DNA of 56,486 nt, from assembly GCA_016182045.1 (NCBI GenBank), contig JACOYE010000012.1:1-56486 (forward strand), given 5' to 3'. A model generated the notes under the pieces. The model had not been told where the DNA came from. It made no database searches and saw only the letters and a list, made by a program, of their open reading frames with translations. The translations under genes and the position numbers were made by a program. Source of the DNA: Candidatus Microgenomates bacterium (GTDB taxonomy: Bacteria > Patescibacteriota > Microgenomatia > Daviesbacterales > UBA10151). Position 1 is the stretch's first letter; each line of letters starts with the position of its first letter. Shown one piece after another: positions 17,262-26,863 of this stretch.

Positions 17262-18693
17262 TCTCTTTAATAAACAGTCTAAAAGTTTGGGAATCCCACA
17301 AAAAAAGGAATCTTTAGAGTCTCTTTGGAGGCTAACAAAGATTCTGATGGAGAATTTAGAGTTTGAGGATGTGATTTATAAAGTCGTTAACAGTCTTCTT
17401 ACAGAGTTAGGTTATTTAAAATCAGGTTACAGAATCGTTGTTTTATCTTTAATCGATGAGAAAGCTGGTGGCTTAAGAAGAATTGCCCTTTCAGAAACAG
17501 CAGAAGCAAGACGCGCAACCTCTGTCTCAACAATTCCTTTTGAAAAAATTGTGATTCCTTTTTCGGCAACTAATAATTTGGGTATTAAAGTTTTGCTGAC
17601 TGGTAGGCCTGAAGTGACAAGTTATTGGCCGGATATATTATCTCCTCCTTTAAGCAAAGAGGCGGCCTTAACCAATCAGAAGTCGGCAGGAATCCAAACC
17701 AGCATGGTTTATCCAGTTTTTTCCAGAGGCAAACCAATAGGCAGTTTAATATTTAGTATGGTCAAAGAATATAAGGAGGTCACTGAGGAAGAAAAAGATC
17801 TACTCTCAGGTTTTACAGATCTGATTGGTTTGGCTGTTGAAAATTCAATGCTTTTTACAACTCTACGAAGAACTACTGCCCAGTTGGAAGTAGCTAATCA
17901 AAAATTAAAGGAGCTAGATAGGCTGAAAGATGACTTTGTTTCCATAGCTTCTCATGAACTTAGAACTCCCATGACTGCCATTCGCTCCTATGTCTGGATG
18001 GCCCTAAATCGTTCAGACGTTCCACTTTCTCAGAAAGTTGAAAAATATTTGGCAAGGATTTTAATTTCCACAGAAAGGTTGATAAATTTGGTGAATGATA
18101 TGCTGAATGTCTCAAGAATTGAATCCGGGAGGATTGAGATTAATCCAGAACCGGTTGATCTTATTAAGCTAGTAAAAGATATTGTAGATGAGGTTTATTA
18201 TTCAAAATCAGCAGAACAGACTATACAGTTTGTTATCTTGGAAAAACCCACTCCTCAAGTATTTGCAGATCCCGAAAAACTTAGACAGGTACTTCTTAAT
18301 TTGGTAGGCAATTCCTTAAAATTTACTCCACCTGGCGGGAAAATTATCTTTGACTTTTTTAGTGACGGTCAAACTGTTGAAACTTCAGTCAAAGATAGTG
18401 GAGTGGGAATATCTAAAGAAGATTTGAGTAGATTATTTCAAAAATTTGGCAGATTGGATAATTCTTATGTGGCTATATCTTCTTCAGGTGGTACTGGCTT
18501 AGGTCTTTATATTTCAAAAGCCTTGATAGATTTAATGCATGGAAAAATCTGGGCTTCCTCGGAAGGATTGGATAAAGGGGCCACATTTACATTTTCCTTG
18601 CCGGTAGCCAACAGAGATATTTTAGAACACCAGGAGGAGTTTAAAATTACAGCTAAGGGACAGGCTAAAGGACTAGAGCCGGTTGCAATATAA
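17254..18693 (+). CDS. cytoplasmic GAF-HisKA-HATPase sensor histidine kinase
   Basis: GAF-like N-domain with no TM; ASHELRTP, NLVGNSLKF, DSGVGI, F.KF, GTGLGL. Confidence 0.93.
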   Translation: MFNLFNKQSKSLGIPQKKESLESLWRLTKILMENLEFEDVIYKVVNSLLTELGYLKSGYRIVVLSLIDEKAGGLRRIALSETAEARRATSVSTIPFEKIVIPFSATNNLGIKVLLTGRPEVTSYWPDILSPPLSKEAALTNQKSAGIQTSMVYPVFSRGKPIGSLIFSMVKEYKEVTEEEKDLLSGFTDLIGLAVENSMLFTTLRRTTAQLEVANQKLKELDRLKDDFVSIASHELRTPMTAIRSYVWMALNRSDVPLSQKVEKYLARILISTERLINLVNDMLNVSRIESGRIEINPEPVDLIKLVKDIVDEVYYSKSAEQTIQFVILEKPTPQVFADPEKLRQVLLNLVGNSLKFTPPGGKIIFDFFSDGQTVETSVKDSGVGISKEDLSRLFQKFGRLDNSYVAISSSGGTGLGLYISKALIDLMHGKIWASSEGLDKGATFTFSLPVANRDILEHQEEFKITAKGQAKGLEPVAI

Positions 18694-18727
18694 TATTTGT
18701 AACCATTATAATTATTATAACGTTTAT

Positions 18728-19108
18728 ATGGATCATAAGAAAATACTTATTATTGAGGATGATCAGTTTTTAAGGGAGTTTTATCAGGAGTTACTTCAAT
18801 CCGAGGGATATATTGTTGATGTGGCAGAAGACGGAGAAGGTGGTTTAAAAAAAATTTTGGAGCAAGATTACCATCTGATCCTTTTAGATATCATGCTTCC
18901 CAAAAAAGACGGGCTGCAGATTTTACGTGAGCTTAAAATACACCCACCAAAATCACAAGATGTACCAATTGTAATTTTGACCAATTTGGGTCAAGATGTT
19001 GTAATCAAGCAGTGTTTTGAGCTGGGAGCCTCCGGGTATCTGATCAAATCGGCCCTCAACCCCGATCAAGTCTTAACAGAGATTAAAAACTTTCTTCAAA
19101 AAGCTTAA
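18728..19108 (+). CDS. single-domain response regulator (REC)
   Basis: ILIIEDD, LLDIMLP..DG, ILTN, GASGYLIK; start at ATG 18728. Confidence 0.93.
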   Translation: MDHKKILIIEDDQFLREFYQELLQSEGYIVDVAEDGEGGLKKILEQDYHLILLDIMLPKKDGLQILRELKIHPPKSQDVPIVILTNLGQDVVIKQCFELGASGYLIKSALNPDQVLTEIKNFLQKA

Positions 19109-19114
19109 CTGAAA

Positions 19115-19930
19115 ATGGATTTCCCCAAGGTAATCTTTGAGGATGAGGACATTTTGGTTTTGGATAAGCCTCCTAATTTGGTGGTAGATCTTACTTTAGT
19201 GGATTGGTTGAGAGAAAACTATCATTCACTAGTGTATCATAGTAAGGTTGCTCGGCAGAGAAGGGGGGTGGTTCATAGGTTGGATAAAGATACTTCGGGA
19301 TTGTTGCTGGTCGCCAAGACTGATCAGGCTTTTGAAAATTTACAAGCCCAATTTAAGGAAAGAAAAATTAAAAAAGAATATCTGGCGCTGGTGCATGGGT
19401 TGGTAGAAAAGGCAGGTAGGGTGGAGGGGGCAATTGGTAGGAATCCAGTTAAACACGATAAGTTTAGTGTAATTTATGACGGAAGAGCAGCAGTCACGGA
19501 GTATGAACCTTTTGAAAGGTTACAGTTTACCCGTCAAAGACGAGGCTCGCCGAAGGCGGCAGGAGACAGGCCTTCGGCTCTGAGGCTCAGGCTCGAAGAG
19601 TTACAGGAAATTTTTCATGATTTTAATAAGATTCAGTTCAGAAAACTGTCCACTATCCACTACAACCTGTTCACTCTTTTAAAGTGTCAGCCACTGACTG
19701 GACGAACACACCAAATTAGGGTACATTTAAAATATATCGGGCACCCAATAGTGTCAGATGAAAAGTATGTTGGTCGTAAGATGTACAGGTTGGATAAAAG
19801 ATGGTGCCCAAGACAATTTTTGCATGCTGCAAAGATTGGTTTTTTCCATCCGGTTAGTGGAAAGTGGATGGAGGTGGGAAGTGAGCTACCGGAGGACCTA
19901 ATAGGAGTTTTAAAAATTTTTAATTTTTAA
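19115..19930 (+). CDS. RluA/RluD family pseudouridine synthase (no S4 domain) carrying several repeat insertions
   Basis: DKP, VHRLDKDTSG, K.YLALV, TGRTHQIRVH, QFLHA. Confidence 0.92.
   Translation: MDFPKVIFEDEDILVLDKPPNLVVDLTLVDWLRENYHSLVYHSKVARQRRGVVHRLDKDTSGLLLVAKTDQAFENLQAQFKERKIKKEYLALVHGLVEKAGRVEGAIGRNPVKHDKFSVIYDGRAAVTEYEPFERLQFTRQRRGSPKAAGDRPSALRLRLEELQEIFHDFNKIQFRKLSTIHYNLFTLLKCQPLTGRTHQIRVHLKYIGHPIVSDEKYVGRKMYRLDKRWCPRQFLHAAKIGFFHPVSGKWMEVGSELPEDLIGVLKIFNF
19218..19245. repeat. near-identical copy of the TrpR-like gene operator palindrome inside the pseudouridine synthase gene
   Basis: ACTATCATTCACTAGTGTATCATAGTAA versus 33749-33776; 26 of 28 identical. Confidence 0.85.
19530..19559 (+). 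repeat. 30-nt double-hairpin micro-insertion
   Basis: CCCGTC-AAA-GACG-AGGCT-CGCC-GAA-GGCGG; removal restores the NNNACAG period. Confidence 0.75.
19571..19600 (+). repeat. 30-nt hairpin micro-insertion
   Basis: CCTTCGGCTCTGAGGCTCAGGCTCGAAGAG; removing both 30-mers gives RLQFTGDRLQE. Confidence 0.75.
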
Positions 19931-19937
19931 TTTTTAA

Positions 19938-21647
19938 ATGGATAATATCTTTATACAGCTTGCCATAATTTTAGGTCTTGCTTCAGTTTTAGGGTTTATC
20001 ACCTACAAAATGAAGCTGCCACTTTTGATTGCCTATCTTCTGGGTGGACTGTCCATTGCTTTTTGGGGAATATTTGATGTTAAAACTTCCCAAGCCCTCT
20101 CTTTCCTGCCTGAGATTGGTCTGGCTTTTTTACTATTTTTGGTGGGGATGGAACTTGATTTTAGAGAAATCAGAAGCTTTGGCAGGCCAATTATACTGGC
20201 TGGAGTTTTACAGATTATCATCACCACAGTCATGGGAGCATTTTTAGCCCAAAGTTTTGGCTTTAATTTCCTGGAAGCCATCTTTTTAGGAGTGGGATTG
20301 TCATTTTCCTCAACTATCGTGGTTGTTAAACTGCTTTTGGACAGAAAAGACTTGTCATCATTATACGGGAAATTAGCTTTAGGAATTTTACTTTTAGAAG
20401 ACCTGTTGGCGGTGGTTATTCTACTGGGTTTAACTTCCACTGCTTCTGCCTTGGGTTTGGGTTTAACACAAGCCTTCCCGATTGCTACCTTTATGGTAAA
20501 AGCTTTAATCCTTTTTGCTTTGGCATTACTTTTGAACCGCTACATCCTGGGAGCCATCTTTAAAGCTGTTTCTGCCTCATCCGAGCTACTTTTTTTGACA
20601 GCTTTAGCCTGGTGTTTTATCTATGTGACATTTGCTCTCAGTTTAGGATTTTCGGTGGTGATTGGAGCATTTTTGGCAGGAGTAGCTTTGGCAAATTCAC
20701 ATTATCATTTTCAAATTAGCGGTAAGGTAAAGCCGATGAGAGACTTTTTTGTGGCACTGTTTTTTGTTTATTTGGGCACAAAGGTAAATTTTTCTCAAAT
20801 AGGGCATACCTTTCCTTTAATTTTAACTTTCACAACTTATGCAGTTTTGGTCAAACCTTTGATGTTCCTTTTGCTTTTGGGGATTTTTGGTTTTCGCAAA
20901 CATACCCTTTTTAGTACAGCCATCAATCTATCTCAGATCTCAGAATTTTCTTTGATTGTCCTTTTGGTGGGTGTGGAACAAGGACTAGTCAGGGATAGCA
21001 TCTTAACCGTTATTGCTTCATCAGCCCTGTTATCTATCATTGTTTCATCTGTATTGATTATTAAATCCAAGGTAATTTATAAACACTTGGCCAAGTTCCT
21101 CTCTCTTTTTGAAACTGCCGGTTCCAGACATTTTATAGAAGATATCAAACAAAATGAGCAATTGGTTGGTCATGTGGTGGTAATAGGTGGTCATAGAGTT
21201 GGAGGAGAGGTAGTCAAGCTTCTAAAAAAAGAAAAAATACCTCAGATAGTTTTGGATTTTAACCCTCATTTAGTGGAGGTTTTGCTTAATCTGCATATTC
21301 CCGTTGTTTATGGTGATATGGGTGATCCGGAGGTATTGGATGCGCTGAATTTAAATGAAGCAAGAATGGTTATTTCCACAGCCCCAGTATTAGATGATAA
21401 CAAGTTGCTTTTGGAGGAGTTACGAGCCAAGCATAAGAATATTCCGGTAATTTTGAGAGCAGATACATCAGAGGATGCCAAAAAGTTATACAGTCTAGGG
21501 GCAGACTATGTGATTATTCCGGAACTTCTGGCAGGAGATGTTTTGGTGGAAAGACTAAAAGAGCACTTATCTGATAAAGAATTTTTCAAGGATAGAGCCA
21601 GAATTGAGCTGGAAAAACTGGAAAGAAAAACCCTGGCCTGGGAATAG
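19938..21647 (+). CDS. CPA2/Kef-type cation:proton antiporter with TrkA-N domain
   Basis: About 12 TM; FSSTIVVVK, EDL, SQISEFS, GGHRVG, VYGD. Confidence 0.92.
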   Translation: MDNIFIQLAIILGLASVLGFITYKMKLPLLIAYLLGGLSIAFWGIFDVKTSQALSFLPEIGLAFLLFLVGMELDFREIRSFGRPIILAGVLQIIITTVMGAFLAQSFGFNFLEAIFLGVGLSFSSTIVVVKLLLDRKDLSSLYGKLALGILLLEDLLAVVILLGLTSTASALGLGLTQAFPIATFMVKALILFALALLLNRYILGAIFKAVSASSELLFLTALAWCFIYVTFALSLGFSVVIGAFLAGVALANSHYHFQISGKVKPMRDFFVALFFVYLGTKVNFSQIGHTFPLILTFTTYAVLVKPLMFLLLLGIFGFRKHTLFSTAINLSQISEFSLIVLLVGVEQGLVRDSILTVIASSALLSIIVSSVLIIKSKVIYKHLAKFLSLFETAGSRHFIEDIKQNEQLVGHVVVIGGHRVGGEVVKLLKKEKIPQIVLDFNPHLVEVLLNLHIPVVYGDMGDPEVLDALNLNEARMVISTAPVLDDNKLLLEELRAKHKNIPVILRADTSEDAKKLYSLGADYVIIPELLAGDVLVERLKEHLSDKEFFKDRARIELEKLERKTLAWE

Positions 21648-21730
21648 AGAATGGATACTTTGAAGTGGGAAATGAGAAGCGAGATTTGGAAGTTCCGAAA
21701 AAACATCCCACTTCCCACATCAAAACTCCT
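21643..21730. repeat. inverted degenerate 7-mer arrays between convergent genes
   Basis: aagtggg aaatgag aagcgag ... catccca cttccca catcaaa. Confidence 0.6.
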
Positions 21731-21976
21731 CTACATACTAGGTACACCACCTGTTGGTTGACCACCTGGTGGTTCTTCACCCTGACCACCACCCATTACA
21801 GGTTCCTCAGTAGTTGGGACAGTCGGTTCTGAAGCTGTAGGTGGTTCGGGCCTGGGCTCTGGTGCAGGAGGTGGAGTGACAGGACCTGGTGCAGGTTGAT
21901 CAACTGGAGGTGTTGGTCCTCCTGTTGGTGCATTTGGATCAGACACTCCCCCCTGATTTGGATCATTTGGATTCAT
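21731..21976 (-). CDS. small Pro/Gly-rich disordered protein
   Basis: 81-aa ORF with a GGGGGTGA SD-like site upstream. Confidence 0.7.
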   Translation of the reverse strand: MNPNDPNQGGVSDPNAPTGGPTPPVDQPAPGPVTPPPAPEPRPEPPTASEPTVPTTEEPVMGGGQGEEPPGGQPTGGVPSM

Positions 21977-22055
21977 ATTGTAAAATCACCCCCTTTTTTG
22001 CAGTGTACACGAAAATCCCTTGCATGGTCAAGGTCCTAATGAGTACAATAAAGTT

Positions 22056-23117
22056 ATGCCTTTAAAATCTGCCCCGATTAAATCGGGGTCTGCCCGGGCC
22101 AAAGCATCTGGTGGTTGGAAAGCCATGCAGTATCGCAGTAAGGTTAAAAAAAGGACCAAACTGGCTCTGATTGCTTTAGGATTGATTGTCATTCTTCTGG
22201 TCTTGGGCCAGCTGGTCAATTTAACTCGAATGCTCTTTAGTCCCTGGCAGGCGGAACTTTCCCCAAGAGACTACCTTTGGGATGACCACTTTAATATCAA
22301 TATACTGGTTTATACAAATCCCGTCTCGGTGTTTTCTTTTAACCCATCAGAGCAAAAAATTACCGTTATAAAAATTCCCGATCAAATTTATATGGAGGTT
22401 CCCGGCGGATTCGGCAATTGGCAAGTCAGGTCAATTTATCAGTTGGGTCAAACCACAAAAAGGGGAGGAAATACTCTTTTGAAACAATCATTGTCCTCTT
22501 TTTTGGGCATACCGATAGAGGGTGTTTTGGAGCCAACCGATGATTTAAGACAAAAGGGGGTGGAGGAGTTAATTGAGCTGATGCGTCAGAATCCCCTCAA
22601 TATATTTCTGCTGATCCCCAATTTAAAAACAGATCTTAAGTTATGGGAGTTGATACGGCTTAAATTTGCTCTTTGGGGTGTCAGGTTTGACAAAGTCAAA
22701 ATATTGGATCTTTTAGAACTTAATGTATTGGAAAGGCAAAGATTGGCAGACGGTTCCGAAGTTTTAACTGCGGATTTAATAAGAATAGATGGAATACTAT
22801 CTGATTTTGAGGATCCCCAAATAAAGAAAGAACACTTATCCGTGGCTGTTTTTAATGCCACAGACTACCCCCAGCTGGCCCAAAAGGCAGCTCGACTCAT
22901 TACTAATATGGGAGGAAATGTGATTATGGTGACAAATGCTCCTCAAAGATTAGATAAAACTAAAGTGGTTGGCGAGAATTCGGTCACCTTAAAAAGACTA
23001 GTTCAGATTTTTGGCTGTGACAATTGTGATAAAATTGAGCTTAAGGATTTGGGTTTGGATTCTTCTCGCGGCCAGATCAATTTATTTTTAGGAGAAGATT
23101 TCTACCAAAAAATTTAA
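22056..23117 (+). CDS. LytR/CpsA/Psr (LCP)-like protein with LytR_C domain
   Basis: N-terminal TM, IKIPD..Y..VPGG.G, FLGIPI, VAVFNAT..P.LA; start at ATG 22056. Confidence 0.75.
   Translation: MPLKSAPIKSGSARAKASGGWKAMQYRSKVKKRTKLALIALGLIVILLVLGQLVNLTRMLFSPWQAELSPRDYLWDDHFNINILVYTNPVSVFSFNPSEQKITVIKIPDQIYMEVPGGFGNWQVRSIYQLGQTTKRGGNTLLKQSLSSFLGIPIEGVLEPTDDLRQKGVEELIELMRQNPLNIFLLIPNLKTDLKLWELIRLKFALWGVRFDKVKILDLLELNVLERQRLADGSEVLTADLIRIDGILSDFEDPQIKKEHLSVAVFNATDYPQLAQKAARLITNMGGNVIMVTNAPQRLDKTKVVGENSVTLKRLVQIFGCDNCDKIELKDLGLDSSRGQINLFLGEDFYQKI
22068..22088 (+). repeat. 21-nt micro-insertion TCTG-CCCCGAT-TAA-ATCGGGG
   Basis: Removal gives MPLKSARAK. Confidence 0.75.
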
Positions 23118-23121
23118 ACAA

Positions 23122-23838
23122 ATGATTTTGTGGATTGTACTTTTTTTGCTAGTTTTGCTGATCTCATTTTTTTTGGCTTATCAATCCATGCGAGACTTCC
23201 GGATAGTTCCTATCAAAACCGGCGCAGAGTACGGCTTATTCCTGGTCAAGAATCCCGTTCAACTGAGTGTGGATATTTTAAATTTTTTTGGGGATCAGAT
23301 TGCCAAGCAGAGTTTGACACTCAGTTTTGAAAGACTATTTAAAGGTAAACAGTCTGCTTTGGTAATTTTTGGCCCCAGACAGATCTTGATGAGTCTGAAA
23401 GGTCTATCTGTTTTAGAGCTGGAAGATTATACTGAAAAAGTTTTGGATGATCAAATTATTGCTTGGGAAGTAGGTTTTAAAAAACCCCACCCTGATGGGT
23501 TTAATTTTACCAATCTTTTTGAAAAATTATCAGAACTTGATCCGACAGATCAATTTTGGTGGCAGGTAAATCTTAAAGCGGAACAATTAAAGACTAATGA
23601 AAATCTTTTCTATACTCAAATAAGATGTGTCTTAATATCGAACGATCCGCAAAGAAGAAAAAAATTGGCCTTGGAATTGGATAAGTTGGGGGCGCCTGCT
23701 CTTAGTAAAATACCCAAACCATTTAGCAGCCAAAAAATCTTGGAATTCTATCAAAAACGCAGCCTAACTTTGGAAAAAATCAATCCTCGTTTAACAGCAG
23801 GAGAGGTATTAAATTTGATAGCGCTTGCCTTTAAGTAA
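23122..23838 (+). CDS. membrane-anchored hypothetical protein
   Basis: 238-aa ORF with N-terminal TM, 4 nt after the LCP-like gene. Confidence 0.75.
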   Translation: MILWIVLFLLVLLISFFLAYQSMRDFRIVPIKTGAEYGLFLVKNPVQLSVDILNFFGDQIAKQSLTLSFERLFKGKQSALVIFGPRQILMSLKGLSVLELEDYTEKVLDDQIIAWEVGFKKPHPDGFNFTNLFEKLSELDPTDQFWWQVNLKAEQLKTNENLFYTQIRCVLISNDPQRRKKLALELDKLGAPALSKIPKPFSSQKILEFYQKRSLTLEKINPRLTAGEVLNLIALAFK

Positions 23839-24535
23839 CTTGCTCCTCTTCTTCCTCTTCTTCAGGTTCAGATTCTTCATTACTTTCTAAAGGCGTCAGC
23901 ATATCTGTTGTGGAGGTGGAGATTGAGGAGTCCAAGAATGAAGGCTGGTTTTTAAATCTTTTGCTGCGAAGTGTTTCTCTGATTAAAACGGATAAAGCAT
24001 TGATTCTGATTGATTTGATAAAAAGCTCATATTTGTTGCCTCCTCTAAGAAGTCTGGTCAGATGATGTGAGATATCATCCGGTAAAACTCCCAAATGCTC
24101 TCCATTTTCATCCACCACAGTGATTTTTCTATTTTTTAAAATCATGTCCACTTTCATCCCGCAATAAGCTTGAGATATTTTTTGAGGCTCGCACACATTT
24201 AAAAGATTGACAACTTTGGTTTTGCCCGGCTCCTGTAAAAAAAGTGAAGGGGAAAGTTTAACCTGACCATTTGGATGAGGAATGATTTTGCTGGTTTTGA
24301 AGGCTTTAATTATTTTTAAATTTTTTTGAGCAATTGGGTTATAGGGATCAGCTTTTAAGACTTGGCAGTAATATTTTTTGGCAAGATTATACCTCCCCAA
24401 TTCCATATAGGCTCTGGCCTGACGGTTCAAGGCATCGACATTTTGAGGGTCGAGTTTAATAATGTGTTTGTTTAGCTTTAAGGCGTCCTGCCAACGGTAC
24501 TCTAAAGCTGCCTCAATTGCCCTCTTTTCGTCCAT
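23831..24535 (-). CDS. TPR-containing protein with acidic tail
   Basis: DPQNVDALNR.ARAY..LG.Y..A..Y..VL..DP.N.IA. Confidence 0.8.
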   Translation of the reverse strand: MDEKRAIEAALEYRWQDALKLNKHIIKLDPQNVDALNRQARAYMELGRYNLAKKYYCQVLKADPYNPIAQKNLKIIKAFKTSKIIPHPNGQVKLSPSLFLQEPGKTKVVNLLNVCEPQKISQAYCGMKVDMILKNRKITVVDENGEHLGVLPDDISHHLTRLLRGGNKYELFIKSIRINALSVLIRETLRSKRFKNQPSFLDSSISTSTTDMLTPLESNEESEPEEEEEEEQVT

Positions 24536-24642
24536 CTAAATAAAAAAGTATAGAGATAACTCAAATGCTTGTCAACGTTTCGTATTTGCTTTGGTGTATT
24601 ACTTTTTAGCAACCATCTAAAAGTTATGTTAGAATGTTGTTC

Positions 24643-25425
24643 ATGTCAGGGCATTCTAAATGGTCAACTATTAAAAGACAAAAAGGGGCGGCGGATATAA
24701 GACGCGGCCAGACTTTTACTAAGGTAGCCAATGCCATAACTATAGCTGTAAAACAGGGGGGTTCTGGGGATGCTGACTCTAACCCCAGGCTTAGAGCTGC
24801 CTTAGAGGATGCAAAAGCTGTTAATATGCCTAAAGACAATATCCAAAGAGCTATTAACCGTGGTTTGGGTAAAGTGGCTGGACAAGCCTTGGAGGAGGTA
24901 GTTTTTGAGGGGTTTGGGCCCGCTAAAGTGGCCTTTTTAGCAGAGGGTGTGACTGACAATAGATTAAGAACGCTTCAGGAAGTGAAGAATTTGTTTGAAA
25001 GATCGGGTGGATCTTTGGCCGGATCGGGGAGTGTGGTATATATGTTTGATAGAAAAGGGGAAATAAGAATTAGGGGACAGGGTACAGGTAACAGTGAGCA
25101 GGAGATGTTAGAGCTAATAGATCTTGGTGCTGAGGATGTGGAGGATTATATGGAAGAACCCTTCGACTTCGCTCAGGGTAAAAATATACAAAAGTATTTG
25201 GTATCTGTAGAGAGCTCAGAGTTAAATACTATGAGTAATAAAATTACTCAAGCAGGATACGAGGTAGAGCAGGCTGAAATAGTCTTTAAACCAAACACTT
25301 TAGTGGAAATAAAGGATCCTGAAGTAGCCAAAAAAGTGTTAGAATTTGCAGAGAAATTAGAGGACTTAGATGACATCCAAAAAGTATATGCCAATTTTGA
25401 CATTCCCGACAATTTATTGGGATGA
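24643..25425 (+). CDS. yebC: YebC/PmpR family protein
   Basis: MSGHSKWSTIKRQKG, NPRLR, NMPKDNI, TDNR.RT, DDIQ.VYAN. Confidence 0.96.
   Translation: MSGHSKWSTIKRQKGAADIRRGQTFTKVANAITIAVKQGGSGDADSNPRLRAALEDAKAVNMPKDNIQRAINRGLGKVAGQALEEVVFEGFGPAKVAFLAEGVTDNRLRTLQEVKNLFERSGGSLAGSGSVVYMFDRKGEIRIRGQGTGNSEQEMLELIDLGAEDVEDYMEEPFDFAQGKNIQKYLVSVESSELNTMSNKITQAGYEVEQAEIVFKPNTLVEIKDPEVAKKVLEFAEKLEDLDDIQKVYANFDIPDNLLG
25159..25182 (-). repeat. 24-nt micro-insertion TTTA-CCC-TGAGCGAAGTCGAA-GGG in yebC
   Basis: Identical to the hisS copy; read antisense as PFDFAQGK; removal gives EDYMEENIQKY. Confidence 0.9.
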
Positions 25426-25431
25426 ATTATT

Positions 25432-25965
25432 ATGATAATCCTTGGTATTGATCCTGGGACTGCCACAACCGGATATGGGTTAATTAAAATCCCTGATGAT
25501 ATTTTGGGCAGGGAATTCAAATACGATATCGAGCTAATTACCTATGGCAATATCCATACTCCTAAAGAGAGGTTAATGCAGGATCGTTTGAGGATGATTT
25601 ATAGCGAGCTTACCAAAATAATAAAAACATACAAACCTGATCAGATGGTTTCAGAGATGCTTTTTTTTGGGGTTAACTCAAGAACGGCCATTATGGTGGG
25701 ACAGGCTAGGGGAGTAATCATGCTGGCAGCAGCCCAAAATAGGATCCCTTTTACTGACTACACAGGATTACAGGTGAAGTTAATGGTGGCCGGAGCCGGA
25801 AGGGCTGATAAAGCACAAGTTCATGAGGGAGTGAGAAGGTTTTTGGGAACAGATGGAAGGAAAAGAAGAAAGCTTAAGGTAAACTGGAAAGGTGGACATT
25901 TGGATGATGCAACTGATGCTTTGGCTATAGCCATTTGTCATGTGCTGAAGATGGCAGCGAAATAA
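25432..25965 (+). CDS. ruvC: Holliday junction resolvase
   Basis: ILGIDPG..TGYG, E.LFF..N, QARGV, DDATDALAIAICH; follows yebC. Confidence 0.95.
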   Translation: MIILGIDPGTATTGYGLIKIPDDILGREFKYDIELITYGNIHTPKERLMQDRLRMIYSELTKIIKTYKPDQMVSEMLFFGVNSRTAIMVGQARGVIMLAAAQNRIPFTDYTGLQVKLMVAGAGRADKAQVHEGVRRFLGTDGRKRRKLKVNWKGGHLDDATDALAIAICHVLKMAAK

Positions 25966-25973
25966 TTTGAAGC

Positions 25974-26756
25974 ATGAATCTAAATATAACCAAGCGTCAA
26001 AAAATTATCATCACGGCCACCCTACTAACTATAGGACTATTGTCAACACAGTTAGCTGATTTTAATCTCAGGTTTAGATTTATAGCTGGATTGGGAGTGG
26101 TAGCTTATTTTCTGTCCCTCTGGGCTCTTTGGGAAGGAATAAATCGCACCAAAGCCGTGGTATTGATGATTCTACCGGTATTTTTTACCGTGGCTGTTGC
26201 CAGCTTTTACTTTTTACTACCTGTCCGCTGGTTAACCAGACTGCCAGTGGCTATCCTTTTCGGAGCGCTTTTTTACCTTTTGCTTCTGGCTCAGAACGTC
26301 TTTAATGTGGCGGCCATAAGAACCATCCCTTTGTATAGAGCTGCCTCCACTGCGGCTTTTCTATTCACACTGCTGTCAGCATTCTTTCTTTATAATGTAA
26401 TTTATGCTTTTAATCTGTTATTTATTTGGAATGGTTTGGCAGCGGCTGTTATCAGCTTGCCTTTAATTTTACAAGTTTTATGGTCAATTCAAATGGAGGA
26501 GGGAGTATCGGTTCAGATTCTGATTTATAGCTTTATTTTGTCTTTAGTACTGGGGGAGTTGGCCTTAAGTTTCTCTTTTTGGCCTATGGTCACCACCATT
26601 TGGTCTTTATCGCTTTCATCAGCCATGTATGTTTTATTAGGTTTAACAACACATGTTTTAAGAGGTAGGGTGAATAGGAGAGTAGTGTGGGAATATGCTG
26701 GAATAGGAGCCCTGGTTTTAATAGTAGGCTTTCTGGCAACTTCCTGGGTTGGTTAA
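25974..26756 (+). CDS. polytopic membrane protein
   Basis: 260 aa, about 9 TM segments. Confidence 0.8.
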   Translation: MNLNITKRQKIIITATLLTIGLLSTQLADFNLRFRFIAGLGVVAYFLSLWALWEGINRTKAVVLMILPVFFTVAVASFYFLLPVRWLTRLPVAILFGALFYLLLLAQNVFNVAAIRTIPLYRAASTAAFLFTLLSAFFLYNVIYAFNLLFIWNGLAAAVISLPLILQVLWSIQMEEGVSVQILIYSFILSLVLGELALSFSFWPMVTTIWSLSLSSAMYVLLGLTTHVLRGRVNRRVVWEYAGIGALVLIVGFLATSWVG

Positions 26757-26839
26757 TTTGGGAATTATACACAAATTGTCAATTTGGCTTGATGTAACAA
26801 GCTAAAGTGGAGGAGTGAGCTAAAAAAAAGCGACAAGCG

Positions 26840-26863
26840 CCTGCGGTGAGCGAAGTCGAACCG
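26840..26863 (+). repeat. 24-nt micro-insertion CCTG-CGG-TGAGCGAAGTCGAA-CCG (intergenic)
   Basis: Same 14-nt core with a compensatory CGG/CCG stem. Confidence 0.9.
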
